A stretch of 64,000 nt of DNA from assembly GCF_963921235.1 (NCBI RefSeq), contig NC_086101.1:11906001-11970000 (forward strand), written 5' to 3'. Origin of the DNA: Mobula hypostoma. Lineage: Eukaryota. The notes below the pieces were generated by a model, which saw only the letters and a list, made by a program, of their open reading frames with translations, was not told the origin of the DNA and did no database searches. Positions within the stretch are counted from its first letter, which is position 1; each line of letters begins with the position of its first letter. The translations under genes and the position numbers were made by a program. Positions 28,498 through 41,505 of this stretch are shown here, one piece after another.

Positions 28498-30666
28498 GAA
28501 ACATAGAAACATAGAAAATAGGTGCAGGAGTAGGCCATTCGGCCCTTCGAGCCTGCACCGCCATTTATTATGATCATGGCTGATCATCCAACTCAGATCC
28601 CCGCCCCAGCCTTCCCTCCATACCCCCTGACCCCCGTAGCCACAAGGGCCATATCTAACTCCCTCTTAAATATAGCCAATGAACTGGCCTCAACTGTTTC
28701 CTGTGGTAGAGAATTCCACAGATTCACCACTCTCTGTGTGAAGAAGTTTTTCCTACTCTCGGTCCTAAAAGGCTTCCCCTCTATCCTCAAACTGTGGCCC
28801 CTCGTTCTGGACTTCCCCAACATCAGGAACAATCTTCCTGCATCTAGCCTGTCCAATCCCTTCAGGATCTTATACGTTTCAATCAGATCCCCCCTCAATC
28901 TTCTAAATTCCAACGAGTACAAGCCCAGTTCATCCAGTCTTTCTTCATATGAAAGTCCTGCCATCCCAGGAATCAATCTGGTGAACCTTCTTTGTACTCC
29001 CTCTATGGCAAGGATGTCTTTCCTCAGATTAGGGGACCAAAACTGCACACAATACTCCAGGTGTGGTCTCACCAAGGCCTTGTACAACTGCAGTAGTACC
29101 TCCCTGCTCCTGTACTCGAATCCTCTCGCTATAAATGCCAGCATACCATTCGCCTTTTTCACCGCCTGCTGTACCTGCATGCCCACTTTCAATGACTGGT
29201 GTATAATGACACCCAGGTCTCGTTGCACCTCCCCTTTTCCTAATCGTCCACCATTCAGATAATAATCTGTTTTCCTATTTTTGCCACCAAAGTGGATAAC
29301 TTCACATTTATCCACATTAAATTGCATCTGCCATGAATTTGCCCACTCACCCAACCTATCCAAGTCATCCTGCATCCTCTTAGCATCCTCCTCACAGCTA
29401 ACACTGCCACTCAGCTTCGTGTCATCCGCAAACTTGGAGATGCAGCATTTAATTCCCTCATCCAAGTCATTAATATATATTGTAAACAACTAGGGTCCCA
29501 GCACTGAGCCTTGCGGTACCCCACTAGTCACCGCCTGCCATTCTGAAAAGGTCCCGTTTATTCCCACTCTTTGCTTCCTGTCTGCTAACCAATTCTCCAC
29601 CCACACCAATACCTTACCCCCAATACCGTGTGCTTTAAGTTTGCACACTAATCTCCTGTGTGGGACCTTGTCAAAAGCCTTTTGAAAATCCAAATATACC
29701 ACATCCACTGGTTCTCCCCTATCCACTCTACTAGTTACATCCTCAAAAAATTCTATGAGATTCGTCAGACATGATTTTCCTTTCACAAATCCATGCTGAC
29801 TTTGTCTGATCATTTCACCGCTTTCCAAATGTGCTGTTATCACATCCTTGATAACTGACTCCAGCAGTTTCCCCACCACCGACATTAGGCTAACCGGTCT
29901 ATAATTCCCCGGTTTCTCTCTCCCTCCTTTTTTAAAAAGTGGGGTTACATTAGCCACCCTCCAATCCTCAGGAACTAGTCCAGAATCTAACGAGTTTTGA
30001 AAAATTATCATTAATGCATCCACTATTTCTTGGGCTACTTCCTTAAGCACTCTAGGATGCAGACCATCTGGCCCTGGGGATTTATCTGCCTTCAATCCCT
30101 TCAATTTACCTAACACCACTTCCCTACTAACATGTATTTCACTCAGTTCCTCCATCTCACTGGACCCTCTGTCCCTTACTATTTCTGGAAGATTATTTAT
30201 GTCCTCCTTAGTGAAGACAGAACCAAAGTAATTATTCAATTGGTCTGCCATGTCCTTGCTCCCCATAATCAATTCACCTGTTTCTGTCTGCAGGGGACCT
30301 ACATTTGTCTTAACCAATCTTTTTCTTTTCACATATCTATAAAAGCTTTTACAGTCCGTTTTTATGTTCCCTGCCAGTTTTCTCTCATAATCTTTTTTCC
30401 CCTTCCTAATTAAGCCCTTTGTCCTCCTCTGCTGAACTCTGAATTTCTCCCAGTCCTCAGGTGAGCCACTTTCTCTGGCTAATTTGTATGCTTCTTCTTT
30501 GGAATTGATACTATCCCTAATTTCTCTTGTCAGCCACGGGTGCACTACCTTCCTTGATTTATTCTTTTGCCAAACTGGGATGAACAATTGTTGTAGTTCA
30601 TCCATGCAACCTTTAAATGCTTGCCATTGCATATCCACCGTCAATCCTTTAAGTGTCATTTGCCAC
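28498..30666 (-). mobile_element. Young CR1 LINE; RT region open except for one TAG at 29490-29492
   Basis: ORFs of 389 aa and 298 aa lie in the same frame; complete RT motifs; (GAAACATA)n tail. Confidence 0.97.
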
Positions 30667-32994
30667 TTAAAGTGTGCTTCACCATTCAGTTATGGCTGAT
30701 TCCTTTTCAACTCCATTCTCCCTGTATCCCCTGACCAATCGTGAACCAATAAAACCCTGTCTTGCATACACCCAATGCCTTAGCCTTTGCAGCCCTCTGT
30801 GGCAATGAATTCCACAGATTCACCATCCTCTGGCTATAGAAATTTATCTGCATCTCAGTTCTAAAGGGACATCTGTTTATTTTGAGGCTGTGCCCACAGG
30901 TCCCAGACTCTCCCACAATGGAAGCATCACCTCCAGGTCTATTTTATCCAGGTTTTGATTGACTGCAGATTTGCTGGGTATAGTTTTGATGTAGTTAGTC
31001 CAGGTTTGGATTGCCAGAGGTCAGGCCCGGTTGGGGTTGGCCTGCCTGGACTGGGTTTGGATTGGCAAAGTTCAGTCCAGATTCAGACTGGCTGTGGCTT
31101 TAATTTTACACCAGAGCAGATCTCATGTTCAAAATCTACCTCTCTTGGTTTGGGCCTTTTAATCTCTCTGGCTCTCTTGATTGGAATTAAAGATATAGTG
31201 CTCCCCAAGAGAAGCAATCTCTCATTATAAGCTGCTTAAATTATCAATTCATTATCCTGACACTATAACCAAGTTCTGGATTTCTCAAAAGGTGTAAGAT
31301 CCTCTTCACCAGCTTCCTATCATTTTTTTTCTCTCATGATCCCTGTTTTATGTTATACTTCTTTACAGTTTTACAGCCAGAGTTATAAGCAACCCTTCTG
31401 TAAGATTAGGATCTCTTCTGTTCTTTCCCGTCACTCTGCATGCAGTCCACGGCAGACATTTCTTCCCACTTCTCACTGCGTTCCATCTGGTTGGCTGCCA
31501 GGAATTCCACATCCTTGTTGCCTTGGCAACCTGCTTTGAAATGTCTGCCTGTGGTTCTAATTTAAGCAACTTCCACTTTCTCACAGTTGTGTCTGTATCA
31601 GCCATTTTATGTTTGGTTCATTAACACAATTTCTATTAAAATTACACGGCGATTCAGACATACTGAGCTGACATTGTTCCTGCTTTAAAAATGTCACATT
31701 CTCTTCTTATTTTTATACTTCAGCTTGGGACCTCAGTGCTGCCTGTGACTCAGTGGGTGGAAACCTCACTTCTGAAGCAAAGGTTTTCAGCTTTTACTCC
31801 CAATACAGAGACATGAACATGTGGTATAGATCGAGACACTTGCCTCCAGAGCTTATTATCCAGATTCAGCACACGTAATGCAATAATCTCTTCTGTTACT
31901 TTCTCATTGTGTCTGGCCTAATTGAAAAGTATTCTCTGACCTAATCCCATTTTAGCGCACTCGGTCTATAAGGACACAAGAGTCTGAAGATCCTGGAATC
32001 TGGAGCAAAACGTAAATTACTGAAGGAACTTCATTGTTCATTATGGTCTTTCATTGATTCTGTTATGGGTATTATTCTATTATGGATGTATTGAATATGC
32101 CCAAAAGAAAATGAATCTTGGGGATCTATGTGGTGGCATATATCTACTTTGATAACAAATTTACTTTGAACTTTACTGGACGGGAGTGTAACTTTAATGA
32201 ATCCGAAAGAAAAATGCAATATATTTAAAGCTCAGTTGGTCAAGAATATCTGTGGGGGAAAGGAATTGTTAATATCAATGTCCTTGCAGCTTTCAGATTT
32301 CAATATTTCCCTATGACATAGAGGGAAGCCATTTCAGTTCTGTGCTACATCCCAAAACAATCCCATTTCTCTAATAACTTTCTCTTTTACCCTAACAACT
32401 CCCTCCAGATTTAGCCATTCATCTGCTTGCAATTTACAGCAACCAATTAACCTCCCAACCCACATTTCTTTGGGATTTGAGAGGAAACTGGAGCACAGGG
32501 AGAATGTACAAATTTAATTCACCAGCAGCACCATAGGTCGGCATTGAACACAGTTCTCTGGCTATCCCTCCACTGCCCTTTCAGAAGTAAATTCCAGATT
32601 ACAACCTCACGTCTCCTCCATGGGTCAATAAAAATGTGTTCATCTCCCACAGTCATTTTATAAACTATTTTAAAATTATGTTGCATTGTTTTTACTCCCT
32701 TTAGATATACCTACCTAGATCCCTCCCAATTTTGTACATGACACATAAAAGATGGACAGCAGGGGTGTTGCCATCTCAGCCAATGATGTGTTGGTTGATA
32801 GTTCAAAGGAAATTTATTATCAAAGTACATATATGTCACCATAAACTACCCTGAGATTCATTCTCTTGCTGGTATTCACATCGAACGAAGAAGTATGATA
32901 GAATCAATGAAAAACTACAGACAGAGACTGACAAATAACTAATGCACAAATTAACTCAAACTGTGCAAATACAGAAAAAGCAAATAATAATGAT

Positions 32995-33612
32995 AATAAT
33001 AAAAGATCAACAAATTTAAGCTGATAAATGCAGAAAATGCCGAGGGAAAACAGACACAATCCAACACCTTACAGGATCCTGCAGCAGTTTAACTCAATCT
33101 GATTACTTACACAGGCAAACATCATTCACCAAAATCTTGCGTTAAAACACAAGCTCATAAAAGAATTCATACCTAACTCTAACTACAAGCCTGATTCAGC
33201 TTTAGAGTCCCACAAATTATATTACGACTGACCCATTATTACAGATAGGACAATCTGTAATAACCGTTTGGAAAGATTAATACAGGATAAATGAACAAAA
33301 GTACCCATTCCATAAACACATAATGTACAGGTATCGATAAGTGAAAAACACCAGAAATATGCTGAATTAAAAGAGGAAATAGAAAGATCATGGAACATGA
33401 AAAGGGTATACACTGTTCTGAGCGTAATATCAACAGTGCGCAATAGCATTAAATAATTAGGGCTACACGGCAATACTTACACTATGTAAATCCTCAGAAA
33501 ATGACAAAACTAAACATCACTAGACTAGTTTGTAGGTTTCTAGCAACTGAAAATGAACGTGCTTGGCTGTGCCTGTGCCTTAGGTTTTACCAGCTTGAGC
33601 TGAGAAAAAAAA
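32995..33612 (+). mobile_element. Dong/R4-clade RLE non-LTR retrotransposon 3' fragment
   Basis: CCHC knuckle CRKCRGKTDTIQHLTGSC from 33029; IITDRTICNNR; SEKHQKYAELKEEIER; poly(A) end; TAA-rich flanks. Confidence 0.75.
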
Positions 33613-33682
33613 ACAAAGAAACAAACAAACAAACAAACTAATTAATTAATTAATTAATACTGATAATACGAGTTGTAGAATC

Positions 33683-35975
33683 CATAAGACTAAGATATAC
33701 GAGCAGAATTAGGCCGTTTGGCCCATCAAGTCTGCTCGGCCATTTCACCTTGGCTGATCCAATTATCCTCTCAGCCCCTTTCCAGCCTTCTCCCTGTATC
33801 CCTTCATGCCCTGGCCAATCAAGAATATATCGAACTCGGCCTTAAATATACATAAAGGCTTGGCCTCCACAGCAGCCTGTGGCAAAGAATTCCACAGATT
33901 CATCATTCTCTGACTGATCTCTATTCTAAAAGGACACCCATCTATTCTGAGGCTGTGTCCTATGGTCTAAGGCTCTTCCACCATAGGAAACATCCTCTCC
34001 ACAGCCACTCTATCAGGCCTTTCATCAATCAATAGGTCTCAATGAGGTCACCCCCTCACTCTTCTGAATTCTAGTGAATATAAGCCCAGAGGCATCAGAC
34101 ACTCGTCATACGACAAGCCATTTAATCCTGGAATCATTTCCGTAAACCTTCTTTGAACCCTCTCCAGCTTCAGCATATCCTCTCTAGAATAAGGGGCGGG
34201 AGAGGTGGGATATTGATGCTTTGATGCTTGCTCCCACTTTGATATTTGCAGGGGAGGGGGGACAGGGGGCTTTGTATTTTTAAAGTTTTTCTGTCATTCA
34301 TTCTCTTGGGGCTCTTCTGTTTTTGTGGATGTCTGCGAAGACAGGTATTTCAGGTTGTATAATTCATACAATCTCTGATAATAAGCTAAACCATTAAACC
34401 AAAACTGCTCACAGTACTCCATGTGAGGCCTTGCCTGTGCTTTATAAAGTCTCAACATTACATCCTTGCTTTTATATTCTAGTCCTCTTGAAATGAATGC
34501 TAACATTGCATTTGCCTTCCTCACCACGCACTCAATCTGCAAATTGAAACTTTATGGAATCCTGCACAAGGACTCCCAAGTCCCTTGTGACTCAGTTTTT
34601 TTGAATCTTCTCTCCATTTGGAAAATGATCAACCCTTTCATTTCTTCTACTAAAGTGCATGACTACACACTTCCCGACACTGCATTCCATCGGCCATTTT
34701 TTGCCCATTCTCCTAATCTGTCTAAGTCCTTCTGTAGCCTCTCTCCTTCCTCAAAACTACCTGTCCTTCCACCTATCTTCATATCATCTCCAAATTTTGC
34801 AAGAAAGCCACCAACTCCATCATCCAAATCATTGATATATAATGTAAAAAGAATTGGTCCCAACACAGACCCCTGTGGAACACAACTGGGTCACTGACAG
34901 CCAAACAGAGAAGACCGATTTTATTCCCACTCTTTGCCATCTGCCAATCAGCTGCTGCTTTAGCCATGCTGGAACCTTTCCTGTAATATCATGGGCTCAT
35001 GGTTTGTTAAGCAGCTTCATGTGTGGCACCCTGTCAAAGGCCTTCTGAAAATCCAAGTACACAATATCAATCAATTCCCCCTTGTCTATCCTGCTTGTTA
35101 AGTTCTTCAAAGAATTCCAACAGATTTGTCTGGCAATATTTTCCTTTGAGGAAACCATGTTGACTATGGTCTATTTTATCATTTGCCTCCAAGTAACCTG
35201 AGAGCTCATCCTTAATAATCAACTCCAACCACTGAGGTCAGACTAACTGGCCTTTTGTTTCCTTTCTTCGGCCTCTCTCCCTGCTTGAAGACTGGAGTGA
35301 CATTTACAATATTTCAGTCTTCCAGAGCCTAGTGATTCCTGAAAATCATTACTAATGCCTCCATGATCTCTTCAGCCACCTCTTTCAGAACCCTGGTGTG
35401 TACACCATCTGGCCCAGGTGACTTATTTACCTTCAGGCCTTTCGGTTTCTCAAGAACCTTCTCCCCAGTTATGGTAACTTCACACACTTCATGTCCTCTG
35501 ACACCTGGAACTTCCCTAATACTGCTAGTGTCTTCAACATTGAAGACTGATGCAAAATACTTAATCAGTTCAACAGACATTTCTTTGTTTCCTATTACTA
35601 CCTCTCCAGTTTCGTTTTCCAATAGTCCAATCTCCACTCTCTCCTCTCTTTTACACTTTATGTATATGAAGAAACTCTTGGGATCCTCTCTAATATTATC
35701 GGCTAGCTTACTTTAGTATTCCATCTTTACCTCTTAATAACTATTTTAGTTGCCTTATGTTGTTTTTTAAAAACTTCTCGGTCCTCTAATTTCCCACTAA
35801 CTTTTGCTCTATTTTATGCCCTCTCCCTGTCTCAGTTGGATTTGACTTGTTGTGTTAGCCACAATATGCCATCTTTCCTCTAGAATACTTCTTCCTCTCT
35901 GGGATGTATATATCCTATGCCTTCCGAATTGCTTCCAGAAATTCCAGCCATTGCTGCTCTGCCATCAACCCTGAA
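33683..35975 (-). mobile_element. CR1 LINE fragment with a ~200-bp + strand insertion at ~34195-34400
   Basis: KSPGPDG, LYINDLDD, KFGDD and PHMEYCEQFW motifs. Confidence 0.9.
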
Positions 35976-37546
35976 GAAGTCCTTGAAAGTGAGACCATAA
36001 GACCATAAGACAAAGGAGCAGAAGTCGGCCATTCGGCCCATCGAGTCTGCCTCGCCATTTTATCACACGTTGATCCATTCTCCCATTTAGTCCCACTCCC
36101 CTGCCTTTGCACCATAACCTTTGATGCCCTGGCTACTCAGATACCTATCAATCTCTGCCTCAAATATACCCAATGACTTGACCTCCACTGCCGCCCGTGG
36201 CAACACATTCCACAGATTCACCACCTTCTGGCTAAAAATATTTCTTCGCATCTCTGTTCTGAATGGGCGCCCTTCAATCCTTAAGTCATGCCCTCTCGTA
36301 CTAGACTCCCCCACCATGGGAAACAACTTTGCCACATTCACTCTGTCCATGCCTTTCAACATTAGAAATGTTTCTGTGAGGTCCCCCCTCATTCTTCTAA
36401 ACTCCAAGGAATACAGTCCAAGAGGGGACAAACATTCCTCATATGTTAACCCTCTCGTTCCCAGAATCATTCTAGTGAATCTTCTCTGAACCCTCTCCAA
36501 CATCAGCACATCCTTTGATAAGTGAGGTCTTACCAGTGCCTTATAGAGTCTCAACATCACATCCCTGCTCCTATACTCCATTCCTCAAGAAATGAATGCC
36601 AACATTGCATTCGCCTTCTTCACCACTGACTCAACTTGGAGGTTAACCTCAAGGGTATCCTGCACGAGGACTCCCAAGTCCCGTTGCATCTCAGAACTTT
36701 GAATTCTCTCTCCATTTAAATAATAGTCTGCCTGTTTATTTCTTCTACCAAAGTGCATAACCATACACTTTGCAACATTGAATACATTTGTCACTTCTTT
36801 GCCCAGACTTCCAACCTATCCAAGTCTCTCTGCAGACTCTCTGTTTCCTCCGCCTATCTTTGTATCATCAGCAGACTTAGCCACAAAGCCATATATTCCA
36901 TAATCCAAATCATTGATGTACAATGTAAAAAGAAGCAGCCCCAACACGGACCCCTGTGTAACACCACTGGTAACCGGCAGCCAACCAGAACAGGATCCCT
37001 TTATTCCCACTCTCTGTTTCCTGCCAATCAGCCAACGCTCTATCCATGTATGTAACTTTCCCATAATTCCATGGGCTCTTTTCTTGTTTAGCAGCCTCAT
37101 GTGTGGCACCTTGTCAAAGGCCTTCTGAAAATCTAAGTACACAACATCCACTGCATCTCCCTTGTCTAGCCTACTTGTAATTTCCTCAAAAAATTCCAAT
37201 AGGTTTGTCAGGCAGGATTTTCCCTTAAGGAAACCATGCTGAGTTCTGCCTATCTTGTCATATGCCTCCAGGTACTCCATAACCTCATCCTTGACAATTG
37301 ACTCCAACAACTTCCCAACCACCGATGTCAAGCTAACAGGTCTATAATTTCCTTTTTGCTTCCTTGCCCCCTTCTTAAATAGCGGAGTGACATTTGCAAT
37401 CTTCCAGTCTTCCAGAACCATACCAGAATCTATTGACTTTTGAAAGATCATTGCTCATCCCTCCGCAATCTCCACAGCTACTTCCTTCAGAACACGAGGG
37501 TGCATTCCATCTGGTCCGGGAGATTTATCTACCCTTAGACTATTCA

Positions 37547-37789
37547 CGTGTTGAGCATGTGGCCAAGTGGTTAAGGCGTTCGTCTAGTGATCTCAAGATC
37601 GATAGTTCAAGCCTCAGTTGTGGCAGTGTGTTTGTGCCCTTGAGCAAGGCACTTAATCACACATTGTTCTAGTCTGTGCGAGAAGTGGCGCCCCACACAG
37701 ACTTCCAATCTGCGCCTTGTAAGGCATGAAAATGCCCGACGCAGGCCTCTCATAGTCTGAGTCAACGTTCCCTCCCCCCTCCCCCTCCC
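37547..37789 (+). mobile_element. tRNA-headed CORE-like SINE with 11-bp TSD
   Basis: TAGACTATTCA at 37536-37546 and 37790-37800; A box TGGCCAAGTGG; GTGCCCTTGAGCAAGGCACTTAA core; (CCCCCT)n tail. Confidence 0.85.
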
Positions 37790-38014
37790 TAGACTATTCA
37801 GCTTCCTGAGTACTTTCTCTGTCGTAATCGTGACTGCGCACACTTCTCTTCCCTGCCACCCTTGAGTGTCCGGTATACTGCTGATGTCTTCCTCAGTGAA
37901 GACTGATGCAAAATACTCATTCAGTTCCTCCGCCATCTCCTTATCTCCCGTTATAATTTCTCCAGCATCATTTTCTACCGGTCCTATATCTACTCTCACC
38001 TGTCTTTTACTCTT

Positions 38015-38441
38015 AGAGAGAGTTAAAAAACACGTGGACTAAGATGTTAACTGTCCTGTGCTATCACCAGTGGGGTCATCAGTTGATCTGCCACCCGTCT
38101 TCAGGAGTTTCGGCCCGCTTATGATCAAGACTCCCTCGAGGTGGTGGGCCAGCAGTGCTAAAGCATCACCTCCCACTGGTGAGCTTAAAAACTTGGCATC
38201 TGCCTCTATCAGAGTTGTTGGTCACTTCCATCCAACAGATAGTCTACTCTTCAGGTGTCTATGTAACTACTGAAGGGTTTGCAAGATATGTATACACTGT
38301 CTGACTATCTGCTCCTCTGAACATAGTTGGTCCACACCCATGTTGATCCTGTCTCTGCTGCCTCAGCTACAGCCCTGCTGGTTGACTTGATCTCTCTTCT
38401 AGTGAAGCCAAGGTCATGCAGCCACTTCTGGAGAGTGAATG
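38015..38441 (-). mobile_element. HERO-like RLE non-LTR retrotransposon 3' end with 20-bp TSD
   Basis: CTCACCTGTCTTTTACTCTT at 37995-38014 and 38442-38461; minus frame 38439-38305 reads FTLQKWLHDLGFTRREIKSTSRAVAEAAETGSTWVWTNYVQRSR*. Confidence 0.7.
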
Positions 38442-38929
38442 CTCACCTGTCTTTTACTCTTTATATACTTGAAAAAGCTTTTAGTATCCTCTTTGATATT
38501 ATTTGCTAGCTTCCTTTTATAGTTCATCTTTTCCCTCTTAACGACCTTCTTAGTTTCCTTTTGTAAGCTTTTAAAAATTTCCCAGTCCTCTGTCTTCCCA
38601 CTAATTTTTGCTTCCTTGTATGCCCTCTCCTTTGCTTTAGCTTTGGCTTTGACTTCTCCTGTCAGCCAAGGTTGCATCCTTTTTCCATTCGAAAATTTCT
38701 TCTTTTTTGGAATATATCTGTCTTGCACCTTCCTCACTTCTCGCATAAACTCCAGCCACTGTTGCCCTGCTGTCCTTCCCACTTGTGTCCTCTCATGTTT
38801 TCTTTCTCTCTCTGTCTCTCTCTCCACGAGCCCCTCCCTCCCTCCCTAAATGTTATATGTAATTTCAGAGTTAACACCACTCCTGACTACAATTAACTCC
38901 AGATATGCATCCTGTGGGGCAGTAGGAGA

Positions 38930-41505
38930 GGGAAGAAAGCCAGAAGGCCTCTGCTGTGGCTTAGGGCATGGATCAGAACTCAGAATTATGATATTGTAGC
39001 CATTAGTGAGACTTGGTTGTAGGAGGGGCAGGACTGGCAGCTTAGAGTTCCATGATCCCATTGTTTTAGGCATGATAATGGAGGAGGGATGAAATGGGGA
39101 GTGATAGTCAGGCAGTATTCAGATAGGACAGACTGAAGGCTCAGCTACTGAGGTTATCTGGGTGGAACCGTGGAAGAAGAAAGGGATGATCAGGTTAATG
39201 GAATTATATTATAGATCACCCAACAGTCCGCGGGATTTAGAGGAGCAAATTTGTACAAAGGTCACAGACTATTGCAAGAATCATAAGTTTGTGATAATAG
39301 GTGATTTTAACTTTTCATATATTGATAGGGACTCCCATACTATAAAAGGGCTGGATGGGTTAGAGTTTGTCAAATGTCTTCAGGAAAGTTTCCTTAATCA
39401 ATACACAGAGGTCCCAACTAGAAAGTGTGATACTTGATCCGCTAATAGGGAATGAGACAGGGCAGAAGTTTACATAGAGGAATACTTTGCATCTAGTGAT
39501 CATAATGCCTTTAGTTTCAAGGTAATTATGCAAAAAGATAGATCTGGTCCTCAACACACACAAAATGCTGGAGGAACTTAGCAGGCCAGGCAGCATCTAT
39601 GGAAAAGAGTACAGTCAACGTTTCAGGCTGAGACATCGACTGTACTCTTTACCATAGATGCTGCCTTACCTGCTGAGTTTCTCCAGCACTTCGTGTGTGT
39701 TGCTCAGATTTCCAGCATCTGCAGATTTTCTCTTGTTTGTGATCTGGTCCTCAAGCTGAGATTAAAATTGGGAAAAGGCCAAATATAATGGTATCAGAAA
39801 CAATCTGGCAAGTGTGGATTGCAATAATTTTTCTCTGGCAAAGGTGTACTTGGTAAGTGGGAGGCCTTCAAAAGTGTAATTTTGGGAGTACAGAGTTTGT
39901 ATGTTCCTGTCAAAATAGAAGGTCAGGATAACAGGTTTAGTGAACCTTAGTTTTCAAGAGCTATTGATGCCCTGGTTTAAAAAGAAGGAGGCATGGCAGG
40001 CAGGCATAGACAGTAAGGAGAAAATGAGATACTGAGAATAAATCCCTGTCCCCCTCGGGTCCTGTTAGAGGTACGTACAGAAGTTGTAAGACCTAGCAGA
40101 GATATTTAAAATTCCCTTAGCCATGGATGAGTGCTGGAGGAATCGAAGATAGCTAATGTAGTTCCACTGTTTAAGAAAGGCTATAAAAATAAACCAGGAA
40201 ATTATAGGCCGATGAGCCTGAAATCAGTACTGGGTCTGTTTTGGAAGGTATTCTAAGGGACTGGATTACTATCTGCTTAGGCAGGGACTGATTTGGGATA
40301 GTCAGCATAGCTTCATTATAGAGTTTTCAAGAAAGTTACCTGGAAAGTTGATGAAGGCAAGGCAGTGGTTGTTGTCTACATGGACTTTGACGAGATTCCA
40401 GGTGGGAGGTTAGCCAATAAGGTTCAGTTACCTGACATGGACGATAAGGTGGTTAAACAGATTAGACATTTGCTTTGCGGGAGGAGTCAGAGAGTAGCTG
40501 TAGATGTTTGCTTCCCTGAGGCCTGTGACTGTGGAGAATGGTGCTGCTTCCATTGTGGTTTGTCATCTATATCAATGAACTGGATGATAATGTGATAAAA
40601 TGGATCAACAAATTTGTGGATGACACCAAGATTGGGGGCGTAGTGGACAGTGAGGAAGACTATTAAAGCTTTCAACAGTGCCTGGACCAGCTGGAAAATT
40701 GGCTGAAAAATGTCCGATGGAATTTATTGCAGACAAGTGTGAGGTGTTGCACTTTGGTAGGACCAACCAGGTTAGGTCTTTGGGAAGACGAACAAGAGTA
40801 GGACTTACACAGTGAACGATAGGGCACTGAAGAGTGTGGTAGAACAGAAGGATCCATAATTCCTTGGTGGCACAGGTAGATAGGATTGTAAAGAAAACTT
40901 TTGGCCATTGGCTTTCATAAATCAAAGTATTGAGTACAGAGTATGTTAAAGTTGTGTAAGATATTAGTAAGGTTTAATTTTCAGTATTGTGTGCAGTTTC
41001 GGTCACCTACCCATAGGAAAATAGTTAATAATGTCAATGAGATTGAAAGAGTACAGAGAAAATTTACAGGAATGTTGCCAGGACTTGAGGACCTGAGTTA
41101 TAAGGAAAGATTGAACAGGTCAGGATTTTATTCCTTAGAACGTAGAAGACCGAGAGGAGATTTGATAGAGGTATACAACATTATGAGGGGTATAGATAGG
41201 GTAAATACAAGTAGGCTTTTTCCACTGACATTGAATGGGGTTACAACCGGATGTCATGGGTTAAGTGTGAAAGGTGAAATGTTTAAGGGGAACATAAGAG
41301 GAAACTTCTTCACTCAGAGGGTGGTGAGAGTGTGGATCATGTTTCCAGCAGAAGTGGTAGATGAGGGTTCAATATCAACATTTAAGAGAAATTTGAATAG
41401 GTACAACTATGGGTCGGGTATTTAGAGCAATGGTCCAGGAGCTGGTTGATGGGACTAAACAGGTTAGCATGGACTTAATGGGCAGAAGGGCCTGTTCCTG
41501 TGCTG
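38930..41505 (+). mobile_element. Decayed CR1 ORF2 (APE endonuclease plus RT); tail resumes at 42383
   Basis: DIVAISETWL, YYRSPNS, IIGDFNF, SDHN, VYMDF, KFVDDTK and QYCVQF motifs. Confidence 0.9.
39555..39740. mobile_element. Penelope-derived palindromic mini-insertion with 14-bp TSD
   Basis: GATCTGGTCCTCAA at 39541-39554 and 39741-39754; inverted arms of ~70 bp. Confidence 0.85.

Larger units (their letters stand above)
35993..38790 (-). mobile_element. CR1 LINE fragment hosting two later insertions
   Basis: RT ORF 36816-37451; (GACCATAA)n tail; continuous across both TSD-bounded insertions. Confidence 0.93.

Noticed and set aside
28570..29262. 230-aa + strand ORF, and the similar 46151-46675 ORF
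   Set aside because: Antisense shadows of CR1 RT
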